Virus record (IMG/VR): IMGVR_UViG_3300006409_000029
Origin: an uncultured virus (IMG/VR IMGVR_UViG_3300006409_000029)
Lineage: Duplodnaviria > Heunggongvirae > Uroviricota > Caudoviricetes
Strand: one strand, 5' to 3'
DNA: 64,000 nucleotides
Part shown: positions 28,395 to 38,161 of the stretch, piece by piece
Layout of the letters: each line of letters begins with the position of its first letter
How positions within the stretch are numbered: position 1 is the first letter of the stretch
The notes under the pieces: model-generated
Told to the model about the DNA's origin: nothing
Seen by the model: only the letters and a program-made list of their open reading frames with translations
Databases searched by the model: none
Translations under genes and position numbers: made by a program

Positions 28395-29403
28395 CAGCCA
28401 GCTCCTCTATAATAGCTTTGAGAAACAGATAGGTCTGCTCCGCCCTCTCATCCAATCCCCAGGTGCTGCGGCCTGGGGGGAAAGTCTCGGTGGTGACTGC
28501 AATGCACCCGAACTTCCAAACGGCCCATTCCGAGGCGGTCAGCCAGTCGCACATGGTGGGCCGGACGATGTCCAGCAATCTCCCCTGGCCGACCATCAGC
28601 CCGCCGTATTCGTTCTCCAGGCGGCGCTGCCAGGGCGCCTGAAGGAGTTGCCCTCCCGCCTTTTTATACCGCCTGATGACCTTCCCCACCAGCGAGAAGC
28701 CAGGATGGTCTCTGAGATGCCTCCTGGCCCTCCACGAGCGAAAGGCCCCAAACATCCCGCAGGCCCAGTCCTCGATGACCCTGCGGAACCACCTGTCCGG
28801 CTCAAGCAGGGCCAGGCCAGCCCCAAGCCCGCTGGGTAGCATGGGCCCTCCAATTGCCCCAGGCAGGAGGTTGAGATAGCTCGGATGAATGGGATAGCAC
28901 TCTATGACCAGAATCCCCGCCCCATTCCAGAATATGGGCGAGGTGAGGGAAGTCGTCTCATGAGCGGCATGGACGAACGTGGGCGCAAATTTGGTCATGA
29001 GGGCCCTATTTCTCGCCGCCTGTATGCTGGGGATGGAGAGGGAAAACTCGCTGTTTCTGTCGAAATAGCACTGATAATAGGAGCCATCCACCCCATAGCC
29101 GCGCTGAGGTGGGTCGCTACATGGATTGCCGGAGAGGTCAACGAATCCATACCCCTCCTCGTCCAGCGCCTCCGGGTCTAATACCATCAGCCCCAGGGCA
29201 ATATCGTCGGGGAGCTTCATCCCCTCGATGGCCCACCGCATGGCTAACGCCGGCGCTGGCTCCAGGCCATGAGTGGAGGCGATGAATAGCACCCTGTGCC
29301 TCGCCTCAAGGCTTCCTAGCACGAACATCCTGGCATCGGGTTGCCACTCCTCTATTCCCCTCTTTTCGGCTGCTGCTTTTATGTCATCCCACGTGACTTT
29401 CAT
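28384..29403 (-). CDS. M14-like zinc carboxypeptidase
   Basis: HGLE (HxxE), DRN, AHE and terminal TTET motifs in M14 order. Confidence 0.65.
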   Translation of the reverse strand: MKVTWDDIKAAAEKRGIEEWQPDARMFVLGSLEARHRVLFIASTHGLEPAPALAMRWAIEGMKLPDDIALGLMVLDPEALDEEGYGFVDLSGNPCSDPPQRGYGVDGSYYQCYFDRNSEFSLSIPSIQAARNRALMTKFAPTFVHAAHETTSLTSPIFWNGAGILVIECYPIHPSYLNLLPGAIGGPMLPSGLGAGLALLEPDRWFRRVIEDWACGMFGAFRSWRARRHLRDHPGFSLVGKVIRRYKKAGGQLLQAPWQRRLENEYGGLMVGQGRLLDIVRPTMCDWLTASEWAVWKFGCIAVTTETFPPGRSTWGLDERAEQTYLFLKAIIEELADED

Positions 29404-30067
29404 AGTCCTCCAGCCATCCATAAGGACACGGAAGGCGAACCGTCCAGCGTCCAGCCTGTGCTGCCCTCCTGTAGAGGGGGACAAGCTCGTCAAGCGCCCA
29501 CCGGCGGGCGACGTGGAGGGCCTCGACGTAGGCCCTCTCCGGCGGCGCATTGTTAATCGTCTCCCGCAGGACGGCCAGGCCGGCGTGGACTTCGACCTTC
29601 ACATTATCGGGGTGAATGCTGTGATAGAGATTCCTGTATCCCGCCACCGTCTCGGCGATATGCCCACGAGCGAGGGCCTGCACCACGCTTGAGAAAAGTG
29701 GCAGGAAGAGAAGCAGATATAGCCCCGTCCAAATCTCCGAGAATCTGCCCTGGGCATTGATGATGGATAATAAGCCATAGAATTGCAACAGATAATAGAG
29801 CCTTCCCAGGATAAAGGTGCTCCAGATGAAGATAATGCTTCTCTGAGACATGGCCGAGCTGGAAGCCCTGACGAATCTCACGTCATGTATCAGCTCGATG
29901 AGCCGAATTATCTCGTGGTCGCGTAGTTGGCGCGGCGACAGTATCACCAGGTCTGGCTCCACGCGCTCCTTATAGGCCCAGTGAGCCAGTCCGGTGCAGT
30001 CGTGCGGAAAATGCAGCGCCAGTTTTCCTTTGAGCGGAACGAGATAAGCTAAATTCATACTAATCAT
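29384..30067 (-). CDS. Membrane protein
   Basis: Two central TM segments; ATGA overlap with the upstream gene. Confidence 0.65.
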   Translation of the reverse strand: MISMNLAYLVPLKGKLALHFPHDCTGLAHWAYKERVEPDLVILSPRQLRDHEIIRLIELIHDVRFVRASSSAMSQRSIIFIWSTFILGRLYYLLQFYGLLSIINAQGRFSEIWTGLYLLLFLPLFSSVVQALARGHIAETVAGYRNLYHSIHPDNVKVEVHAGLAVLRETINNAPPERAYVEALHVARRWALDELVPLYRRAAQAGRWTVRLPCPYGWLEDYESHVG

Positions 30068-30711
30068 GGCTGATAGACCGGGTAGCAAAAGAGTGGGACG
30101 CGTATGGGCACGCCCAGTATCATCAGCTTAATGTATTCCCAAAATCCCCTGGGTACGACATCCAGGGCAATGGGCGGCAGCCTTCTCAGCAGGCGCCGAT
30201 AGTACTTCCCAAAGTGCGGATGGCGAGAGTGTTTCTCTATCCACTCGTTCTCCGTCCCATCCCAATCGCAGATGGCGGCGGCCAGCTCCTTTAAGCGCTC
30301 ATCTATCTCCTGATGGATATAAGTGATGCGGCGGCAGTATCTATACTTCCACAGGAATCTCGCATAAAGGAGGAGCTGCAACAGCCTCCATATCCCATCG
30401 GCGAAGAACCAGAGCGTAATCCAGCCCCGCGTCAGGACGAACCACGACCCCCACTGGAAGAGCTGGGAGAAATCGAAATATATAGCCAGGGCTGAGTAGG
30501 CCGCCCAGATGGGAACTGCCGCAGCGATATGACGATAGATGTCCAGCTTCCAGTCGAAGTTCGCCAAATCCGAGAGGAATTTCCCCATGAGCTGAGCCAC
30601 CTCCGGCCCGGAGAGGAGGCGATAGCTCTTTATCACCACCTCACGGAAGTTCCCATCCGGGACAGCTACGGCCCACGATGTGTACTTGCATGGGAGGATA
30701 TAGATATTCAT
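30064..30711 (-). CDS. Membrane protein
   Basis: Two central TM segments. Confidence 0.65.
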   Translation of the reverse strand: MNIYILPCKYTSWAVAVPDGNFREVVIKSYRLLSGPEVAQLMGKFLSDLANFDWKLDIYRHIAAAVPIWAAYSALAIYFDFSQLFQWGSWFVLTRGWITLWFFADGIWRLLQLLLYARFLWKYRYCRRITYIHQEIDERLKELAAAICDWDGTENEWIEKHSRHPHFGKYYRRLLRRLPPIALDVVPRGFWEYIKLMILGVPIRVPLFCYPVYQP

Positions 30712-30722
30712 CGCCCGGAGCG

Positions 30723-31187
30723 TTACAGGAAACTAAACGCGAAAACCAGCGAGTCCCTGCCGTAGACTATCAGGGCATTTGTGCCGCTCTCATCCTCGAA
30801 GGACACGAACCAGACCTCGATGGGATAGCCTTCATAATCCGTAGCGTCAATTTTAGCCACGACGTTAAAGTTCCAATATGAATAGTCAAGGTCTTCGAGG
30901 AGAGGAGTGCCCGGCACCCATCCCATCATCGTAAACCTGAGAGTAAGCTCCGGCGCTATGGCCTCTAGGAAAAGCTCCGTATCCTTGTGCTCGATGGCCT
31001 TGAGGAAATTCGTCAGATACACCGGTATCTCCTCAAAGCCCCGGAGCTTTCGCTCGTAGGTCAGGGCGGCCTGCCAGTCCTCGATGGCCTGCATGTGGTT
31101 ATAGAGGGACAGCAGGGAGGCGCACAGCCCTATTAGCAGCGCCAGGAATAGCGCCCCTGAGACCCAAAAGAGTTTGTTTTCTTTCAT
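30723..31187 (-). CDS. Membrane-anchored protein
   Basis: N-terminal TM helix. Confidence 0.7.
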   Translation of the reverse strand: MKENKLFWVSGALFLALLIGLCASLLSLYNHMQAIEDWQAALTYERKLRGFEEIPVYLTNFLKAIEHKDTELFLEAIAPELTLRFTMMGWVPGTPLLEDLDYSYWNFNVVAKIDATDYEGYPIEVWFVSFEDESGTNALIVYGRDSLVFAFSFL

Positions 31188-32269
31188 TCGTCACCTCCTA
31201 GATATAGATTTAGAAACTCACGGGCGTCATCAACTGTGACCTTCGGATAATAGTAATAAGGACGATATGCTCTCTCCTCGGCGTCGGGGAAACGACTGGA
31301 GGATGAACTGAGCGAGAATTCGTCTTTCCTGGCTCCCCGCAGGTAATAATAGGGCATGATGTAATATGTCAGCCTGACTCGCACGGAGGCGGGGAAAAGC
31401 CTGTCCGCCCTGTAGAGCGCCAGCCTGTCGTGGGCGCTGAAGGAGAGCTTTGCCCTGGTCAGCGCCCTCTCTCCCGCCTCTTTGCGCAGCCAGGCCAGCA
31501 GGTGGTTGACCCTCTCGTAGAGCCACCCGCAGGAGCGACACGTCGTATCTCCCCGACCAATCTCCCCATACTCGACCCTGTGCTCCAGATAGCGATATGC
31601 CCATCGCCTGAGCCTCAGAAGCGATGATTTAAGGAGCCTGTCATCGTGCGTCTCCAGCCAATACGCCAGCCCAATCTCCATAGAGTGCAGCTCGGTGGCC
31701 GTCTCGTTGTATTGCCCCTGGATATGCACAATCTCATGTATGAGCGTATGCCAGATGCCGCTGTCCTCCCTGAGATAGCGGGCATTGATATAGATATTAT
31801 TCCCGCCGTAATAGACATATCCCCCGACGCGCCAGTAATGCTCCACCTGGTGGGGGTACACATCCTGCCAGTCGAATGTATACACCTCCGCCGGTCGTTT
31901 GAGTTTATCGGCGGATGTTACCGATTCGCTCACATAATACGGAAGAATTAACTCTATAAACTCCTTGACCTCCTCCAGCGAGGGCGGCGGATATGAGGGC
32001 AGCGAGTATATCATCTGACTCAGCCTCACCACATCCTCCGCAGCCCTGGCGGGAGGGGTATCGCAAATTCGCTGCGAGACGAGCCTGATTCGGGCCGTCG
32101 CAGGAGCCCAATGCCATCCGGTATCCCACCACCGTGCGGTGGCATCCCCCCAGACGACGATGGCATCGTAGCACTCCTCCAAATAGAAAAACCCCTCCAC
32201 AAACCAAACGCAAACCGGCAGCGCCGCCAGCAGAATGCCCAAGACTATGAGTTTCCATGTTTTTATCAT
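31184..32269 (-). CDS. Membrane-anchored HEXXH zinc metallopeptidase-like protein
   Basis: N-terminal TM; IYIN..TLIHEIVH..ETATE. Confidence 0.7.
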   Translation of the reverse strand: MIKTWKLIVLGILLAALPVCVWFVEGFFYLEECYDAIVVWGDATARWWDTGWHWAPATARIRLVSQRICDTPPARAAEDVVRLSQMIYSLPSYPPPSLEEVKEFIELILPYYVSESVTSADKLKRPAEVYTFDWQDVYPHQVEHYWRVGGYVYYGGNNIYINARYLREDSGIWHTLIHEIVHIQGQYNETATELHSMEIGLAYWLETHDDRLLKSSLLRLRRWAYRYLEHRVEYGEIGRGDTTCRSCGWLYERVNHLLAWLRKEAGERALTRAKLSFSAHDRLALYRADRLFPASVRVRLTYYIMPYYYLRGARKDEFSLSSSSSRFPDAEERAYRPYYYYPKVTVDDAREFLNLYLGGDE

Positions 32270-32457
32270 CAGTTACCTTCTCTTTCGATAAGTTCCTTGA
32301 GTTCATTTACATTGAAGTATTCCAAAATCAGCCCTTTTTGGACTATTTCAACTACGTTCAAAACCTTGCACCGGGGACAGAGAAGCGATACCGTCCCGGC
32401 AGCTATCTTATAGAGCAACAAAACACGGCGGCATTTCCTACATCGAAGTTCCTCCAT
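32269..32457 (-). CDS. Mu Com-like zinc-finger regulator
   Basis: ELRCRKCRRVL..CPRCKVLN, 62 aa. Confidence 0.75.
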   Translation of the reverse strand: MEELRCRKCRRVLLLYKIAAGTVSLLCPRCKVLNVVEIVQKGLILEYFNVNELKELIEREGN

Positions 32458-32466
32458 TTTAGCCTC

Positions 32467-34758
32467 CTATCTCTGATTAAAGCGATTATGCCGGTAATAA
32501 ACCTGCTCGATGGCCTCGGCTATCACCCTGGCGCAATCCTCCCAGTTGAAATCTTCGGCCCTCTTGAGGCTGGCCTCGCTCATCTTAGCCAGTATATCAC
32601 CCTTTTCCCTTAAGCGCAAGAGGAGCTGCGCCAGGTCGGTATAGCTTATCTGAGCCAGCCTCACCCCGGTATGCCAGTGGGTGATGGCCGAAGGCTTGAG
32701 CAGGACGCCCACATCCGGGGTGACGATTTCATTGCGCACCCCATCGTAGGTAGCCACGATGGGGAGGCCGCAGGCCATCGCCTCCACCAGCGGCAGGCCG
32801 AAGCCCTCGACGCTCTCCGGCGCCACATAGAGGTCGGCGCAGTTATACCTCTCCACCAGGCCATAGCCAGCCATCGGATGGATGGCCCCCTCTATCACGC
32901 CGGCCTCCTTGACGCCATACTCTTGGGCGAAGAGCACTGGCGGAAATCTCACCATCCCCCGCAGGTTGTAGGACTCGGCCAGGTGGAGCAGGGGTATCGG
33001 CTGATAGCCGCTCTTCTCGATGGGATTGGTGTGGATGTAGAAGAGGAAATCGGTATGCCCTCGCGAGGCCAGCCAGCGGGCCGCCTCTATCAGGATGCCC
33101 TGGTTGGAGGTGCGCTTGTTACGCTTGACATTCATCACCACGAAGAACTTATCCAGCCCAGCCTGCTCCCGAAGCCTGCGGCGCTCCTCCTCCGGAAGCC
33201 TCCTGAAGACCTCCCTGTCCACGCCATGCCATGCCCACCGAAGGCGGATGGCCCCAAGGCCGAGGGCCTTCCCGGCCATCTCAAACATCTCCACGCCCCA
33301 CTGCGTGTAGGTGATACACTCTCCTCCCCGCGCCTTGATGCTGCTCGCCATCTCCAGGAAGATACGAGGAATCGGAATGCCCTCGATTGGAAAATAAACC
33401 ACCACCGGCCACTCGCTGATTCGCTGCCATATCTTCTGAACGGTGCCTGGGTCATAGTTGATATAGATTACATCTGGTTTGTAAAAGTCCAAGAATTGCT
33501 CCAGCATGTAGAGGCCGCTGGGGTCGTACTCGCATGGGCGCCAGACCGGGAAGGGGTCTTCCATCGGGCGCGGACATGTATCCAGCATCCCGATGGCCGC
33601 CAGCTCGAAGCCCCACTCCTGCCAGTACCGGGAGACGTTCTTCGTCACCACCCCGAAGCCCGTGGTGAGCGTGGGGGAATCGGACAGGATGGCGACCTTT
33701 ATCCTCTTCGGCTTGACGGCGGGCCAGATTTTCGCCCTGTCGCCTCCGATAATCACACGAGGCTCCTCCAAAACCTCGACGAGCTGGCGGCCAATCACCT
33801 TCAGGTCATACTCCTTGGCTTTCTGCCGGAGGGCGGCGGCATATTCCACCCTAAACGCATCATCGGTGCATAGCCTCCTTAGCCTCACTAACGCCTCCTC
33901 TTTTGTTCCCCAAGTCAAAGCGCCGCCCTCCGGCATCCCACCCGAATCGTGCACCAACGCGGCCACTCCAGCGGCCATCGCCTCCTCGACGATGATGCCC
34001 CTGTGCTCGGCCATGCTTATATCCTGGGCCTCGAAACCAGTGGCCGAGAAGAGGATGGAGGCCCTCTTCATGAGATTGATATAATCCTGGCGGCTCAAGT
34101 CGTGGTGGAAGTAGATGGGCTTCCTGATGGCCTCTGCCTGGCGCTTGATGCGCTTGAAATAGTCCTCATGCTGCACGCTGCCCACCAGGTGAAGCTCCCA
34201 GCCGGGGACATCTAGCTTCTCGAACAACTCCAAGGCCACATCGTGGCGCTTGTTGTTGCCGGATGGCACCTCGAAGAACCTCCCCACGACCAGGATGATT
34301 TTCTCTTTCTCGCCTGGAGGCTGAAATTCCCCCCAGTTGATGGGCGGATAGATTACGATGGCGTCATCTCTATTCCACCTCTTCGAGACCGCCCAGGCGC
34401 AGAACTTGCTGTTAGCGATGATGACCTGATAATCGCTCACATCCCAGCGATATTGCGGGAAGAAAGTGACCAGGACGTTCAGCCTGGCTAATCCCCCATA
34501 CTTGATAAAATGGGAGATATTGATAAAGACATCGAACTCCCTGGGGTCGTAGACGCCTGAATAGACCCAGCGGGTGTTGCTCAAGTCCAGGCCATAGTCC
34601 TCCCTGGCTTTGTCGAACATGGGCAGGACGCCACGCTCGACGACGGCCAGGACTTCGTAGTGCTCGTCAAGGGCCTTCAGGAAGGAGAAGGTGTGATATT
34701 CGCCTCCGCCATATCCTCCCTGAGCGCCTACATGCCCGCAATAGACCATCAGTTTCAT
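32467..34758 (-). CDS. Double GT-B (GT4) glycosyltransferase
   Basis: Two Ex7E motifs: EHRGIIVEEAMAAG and EGFGLPLVEAMACG. Confidence 0.9.
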   Translation of the reverse strand: MKLMVYCGHVGAQGGYGGGEYHTFSFLKALDEHYEVLAVVERGVLPMFDKAREDYGLDLSNTRWVYSGVYDPREFDVFINISHFIKYGGLARLNVLVTFFPQYRWDVSDYQVIIANSKFCAWAVSKRWNRDDAIVIYPPINWGEFQPPGEKEKIILVVGRFFEVPSGNNKRHDVALELFEKLDVPGWELHLVGSVQHEDYFKRIKRQAEAIRKPIYFHHDLSRQDYINLMKRASILFSATGFEAQDISMAEHRGIIVEEAMAAGVAALVHDSGGMPEGGALTWGTKEEALVRLRRLCTDDAFRVEYAAALRQKAKEYDLKVIGRQLVEVLEEPRVIIGGDRAKIWPAVKPKRIKVAILSDSPTLTTGFGVVTKNVSRYWQEWGFELAAIGMLDTCPRPMEDPFPVWRPCEYDPSGLYMLEQFLDFYKPDVIYINYDPGTVQKIWQRISEWPVVVYFPIEGIPIPRIFLEMASSIKARGGECITYTQWGVEMFEMAGKALGLGAIRLRWAWHGVDREVFRRLPEEERRRLREQAGLDKFFVVMNVKRNKRTSNQGILIEAARWLASRGHTDFLFYIHTNPIEKSGYQPIPLLHLAESYNLRGMVRFPPVLFAQEYGVKEAGVIEGAIHPMAGYGLVERYNCADLYVAPESVEGFGLPLVEAMACGLPIVATYDGVRNEIVTPDVGVLLKPSAITHWHTGVRLAQISYTDLAQLLLRLREKGDILAKMSEASLKRAEDFNWEDCARVIAEAIEQVYYRHNRFNQR

Positions 34759-34976
34759 GTTACTGTCTCCGGCTTGTATGGAGAGTAGGAGGCCCGCACG
34801 TGCACCTTCAGGGGCTCACGGGCCATCACCTCCAGTAGAGGCATCCGCCGCCCCTCCTTATCATAGATAACGATGCTGAACAGCTCCTCGGTATCCAGGG
34901 GCGTGAGGTCAACGTGATACTCCCACTCGCCGTGGGCCTGGTCGTATGAGTGCCACTCTCCGAGTTTTACTGCCAT
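34755..34976 (-). CDS. Small hypothetical protein
   Basis: Overlaps both neighbours in the operon. Confidence 0.6.
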   Translation of the reverse strand: MAVKLGEWHSYDQAHGEWEYHVDLTPLDTEELFSIVIYDKEGRRMPLLEVMAREPLKVHVRASYSPYKPETVT

Positions 34977-35677
34977 AACAATTCCTCTTCGACATAACAT
35001 GATGGAAGCCTGCGGACGGCATACTTCCGTCCGGTCAGGTCGCCCGGCTTCTCGAAGCCGGAGCCATACATGGATAGATATTGCGATTCCTTCTCGGCCA
35101 GCCGCTTCTCATCGAGCCAGCCGAGATGGAGGATTCCCACATTGAAATCGGCGATTTCATCGTCGAGAAACTCGATTAGCTGCCCGCCGGATAGCTTCAT
35201 CACGTGCTCGTGCACCTGTCCCACCCATCGCAGCCTCTCATCAGCCCTCCACACCCTCGGCCAGGTCTCCCATCCCCCGTGAGAGGCGGCGTAGTGAGAC
35301 TTGTCGCTGACAATATTGTATTGCTTGACCCTCACCGCCACAATCTCAGGCGGGAGATTTCGCAAAGCCTGCCTGAACCACGATTTGTACCGTGCGGGAA
35401 AAATCTCGTCGCTGTCAATCCTCATCCACCACCACTCCTCGCCACGCGGGGCGTGGTCAAATGAAACCTGTCTTTGCAACGCAAAGTGGCCTGGCCACTT
35501 GTGCTCAACGAGTTTGATGTTTAGGATGCCCTTTTGCCTATGGATGATATTCAGCGTCTCGTCCTGAGAACCGCCGTCCACAATGGTCACGTGATTTGCC
35601 AGGCCATGAAGCGACTTCAGACACGCCAGCAGGGTATCTTCGTTGTTCAGGACTATCATCGTGACAGCTAATTTCAT
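34967..35677 (-). CDS. GT2 glycosyltransferase (resembles protein/peptide-glycosylating type)
   Basis: IV.NNE..L..CL.S, VDGGSQD, F..QR, IDSDE, W.G.VHE. Confidence 0.85.
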   Translation of the reverse strand: MKLAVTMIVLNNEDTLLACLKSLHGLANHVTIVDGGSQDETLNIIHRQKGILNIKLVEHKWPGHFALQRQVSFDHAPRGEEWWWMRIDSDEIFPARYKSWFRQALRNLPPEIVAVRVKQYNIVSDKSHYAASHGGWETWPRVWRADERLRWVGQVHEHVMKLSGGQLIEFLDDEIADFNVGILHLGWLDEKRLAEKESQYLSMYGSGFEKPGDLTGRKYAVRRLPSCYVEEELLWQ

Positions 35678-36426
35678 TTGGCTAACTCCGGGTACTTCTT
35701 GATGAGCTTAAGCCAGTTGGGATGGGTCTGGCCCGGATGCTCCCTATCGAACCGCCTGAGCACCCTATCACGCCAGGAGCCCTGGCTCTCGCTATCGTCC
35801 ACCATCATCGGGATGCCGTTCGCCAGAACGACCTCCCCTCCTGCCTCGACAAGGCGGATGCCGAAATCCCTGTCGGCGAAGCCCATGCTTAAATCAAACT
35901 CCTCGTCAAAGCCGCCCACCTTCTCCACAAGCGAGCGAGGACACGACATCCCGGCGCTTGTGACCCAGGAGGCCGGCCCCTCCCGACGAATCTCAAACGG
36001 GATGAGGTAGTAATGCTTGGCGACCCTATTGGCGAGATGAGGAACCAATACACAATTCGGAATAAAGGCATGGTATAGCTGAATAAGGAAGAGCGCGTGG
36101 GGGTGGAATATCAAATCATCGTCGAGGAAGAGGATAACGTCGTTATGGGTATGGCGGATGGCTATATTGCGGGAGCTATAGACCCTGGGAAGGTCATCGG
36201 GGTGACGCTCGCGATAGATGTACTCGGCCTTGAAGGGGAGGGAGCCCCAGTCTATGGAGAAACCCACCTGGGGCTGCGAGCCATCGTCCACCACGCAGCA
36301 GTCCAAATGCTCGAATCTAAAGAAGAGCTGCTCCGAGAGCTGGCGGACGACCCTGGCGAGGGATTGAGGGCGATTATAGGTGGCTATCACGACGCTAATG
36401 CTCGGAAGCTCTAACGTATACGGCAT
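35674..36426 (-). CDS. GT2 glycosyltransferase
   Basis: SVVIATYNR, VDDGS, RN, FLDDD, GGFDE. Confidence 0.9.
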   Translation of the reverse strand: MPYTLELPSISVVIATYNRPQSLARVVRQLSEQLFFRFEHLDCCVVDDGSQPQVGFSIDWGSLPFKAEYIYRERHPDDLPRVYSSRNIAIRHTHNDVILFLDDDLIFHPHALFLIQLYHAFIPNCVLVPHLANRVAKHYYLIPFEIRREGPASWVTSAGMSCPRSLVEKVGGFDEEFDLSMGFADRDFGIRLVEAGGEVVLANGIPMMVDDSESQGSWRDRVLRRFDREHPGQTHPNWLKLIKKYPELAK

Positions 36427-37460
36427 CACTTCTCCTCCAGTAACGCTAAATACTGACTGGCTAATCGCCTCCCGGCCATCTCCGAGGACAGAAGATTTAC
36501 GGCCCGATGTCTGTTGAACACCCCCATCCTCTGCTGAAGGACGGGGTCTGAGAGGATGAGCTGGAGGCGCTCGTGTAGAATATCCCACCGCCTGCATGGG
36601 ATGATGAAGCCCCCCTCCGGCCTCACTATCTCGTGGAAGGCGCCGACGCCGGTGGTGATGACCGGCAGTCCCGAAGCCATAGCCTCGGTCACTGCCACCC
36701 CCCACTGCTCGACCCAGGCCCTCAGAGGGTCGTGGGAGAGGAGCGGGAGGCTCACCAGCACGAATACAGTGGCCTCCTGATAGATGCCCGGCAAATCCTC
36801 GTGGGGCACAGCCCCCAGGAAGCGGGCGCTCACCTCGTATTCCTCGGCCATCTGAGCGAAGACATCTATCCGCCCATCGCCGACGACCCAAAGCTCGGCA
36901 TCCAGCCCGGCCATCGCCCAAATCAGGTCTTGGATGCCCTTCTCCAGGGTCACGCGGGCCACGGTGAGCACTACCCTGGTATCGGGCACAAAGGGCAGTG
37001 GCGCAAACATGTCGGTATCCACCCCTGGGGAGATGACCCGGATTTTATCCTTCGGCACGCCCTCCAGCAGGAGGACGTTGGCGGCCATGCTGCTGCGGGC
37101 GATATAGAGGTCGAAGGCGCCCTGCCAGGCCAGCCCTCCCGTCTGCCTGTTCTTTCCGGGGAGGTTATCGAAGCAGGAGCACACCAGGCGCGTCCCCGGC
37201 TCGGCCCTGGACGCGCAGTACCGCGTCAGGGCATAGTGGAGGTCGGGCAGGTCTAGGATGGTCGGCTCAAGGGATAAGACCTCATCCGGGTGCTTCCAAT
37301 AGACCATCTCGGCACCCTCCATCCTCTCGCCGCCCCTCAGCTCCACGGCGATGATGACCTCGGCCTCGACGCCCTCCCGCTCCAAGGCGTCGGGTAGCGA
37401 TTGATAAGTCATAAGGTCATGCGGGCTAAACTTGTCAGGGCGAGCGATTACGATACGCAT
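36426..37460 (-). CDS. GT4 glycosyltransferase
   Basis: GVDT, VAR..EKG, EQWGVAVTEAMASG. Confidence 0.9.
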   Translation of the reverse strand: MRIVIARPDKFSPHDLMTYQSLPDALEREGVEAEVIIAVELRGGERMEGAEMVYWKHPDEVLSLEPTILDLPDLHYALTRYCASRAEPGTRLVCSCFDNLPGKNRQTGGLAWQGAFDLYIARSSMAANVLLLEGVPKDKIRVISPGVDTDMFAPLPFVPDTRVVLTVARVTLEKGIQDLIWAMAGLDAELWVVGDGRIDVFAQMAEEYEVSARFLGAVPHEDLPGIYQEATVFVLVSLPLLSHDPLRAWVEQWGVAVTEAMASGLPVITTGVGAFHEIVRPEGGFIIPCRRWDILHERLQLILSDPVLQQRMGVFNRHRAVNLLSSEMAGRRLASQYLALLEEK

Positions 37461-38161
37461 CAGGCTCCTTTCGTCCCGTTATGGCCCTCTTTGTCGGGCC
37501 GTAAGGTGAAATGATAGACGACGGCGGTGGAGTATCCCACCTTGAAGCCGGCCCGCTGGGCAGCTCGGCAATACTCACGGTCGCTGCCGATATGGGGATA
37601 ATTCTCCTCGTCCAGAAGGCCCACCTTCTCTAGCACGTCCTTGTGTATCCCCATCACGGCCCCGGTGACCCACTCATACCAGTTACGGCAGCGCCTCGGC
37701 TCGAAGTAGCTGATATTGGGCTGCCTCATCCCGTAGTGGAAGCCCTCCCCATAAGCTCCGGCGTGGTCAATCCTCCCATCGGCGGTGAGGGTCTTGCAGC
37801 CGACGATTCCCCACCTCAAGACCTCGGCCTGCCCCACCATAATCTCGGCCCATCCAGGCGTGACCTCGGTATCGGAATTGAGGAGGATAAACCAATCATA
37901 TCCCCCATCCTGCCGGGCCAATCTCAGGCCCTCGTTGCACGCCTGGGTGAACCAGAGACGCCTCTCCACGAGCCTTCCGGTGAGGCGATTGAAATTATCC
38001 CCTAACCAGCGGATGAGGCCCTCGGTCTCTGTATCCGTCTCCCCTGAGACGATGTAGGCGTGCCAGGGGAGACAGGTGTGGAGATAGAGGGATTCCACAC
38101 AGGCGGCCAGGTGCATGGCATCCTTATAACTGGGAATGATGATAGCGACATTTCTCACCAT
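37460..38161 (-). CDS. GT2 glycosyltransferase
   Basis: IIIPSY, ACNEG, LLNSD, VTGA, VGLLDE. Confidence 0.9.
   Translation of the reverse strand: MVRNVAIIIPSYKDAMHLAACVESLYLHTCLPWHAYIVSGETDTETEGLIRWLGDNFNRLTGRLVERRLWFTQACNEGLRLARQDGGYDWFILLNSDTEVTPGWAEIMVGQAEVLRWGIVGCKTLTADGRIDHAGAYGEGFHYGMRQPNISYFEPRRCRNWYEWVTGAVMGIHKDVLEKVGLLDEENYPHIGSDREYCRAAQRAGFKVGYSTAVVYHFTLRPDKEGHNGTKGA

Noticed and set aside
35674..36921. Long N-terminal extensions of GT and methyltransferase ORFs in the track
   Set aside because: They overlap upstream genes; downstream ATGs with RBS or stop-start coupling (36426, 38161, 39126, 46357) fit better.
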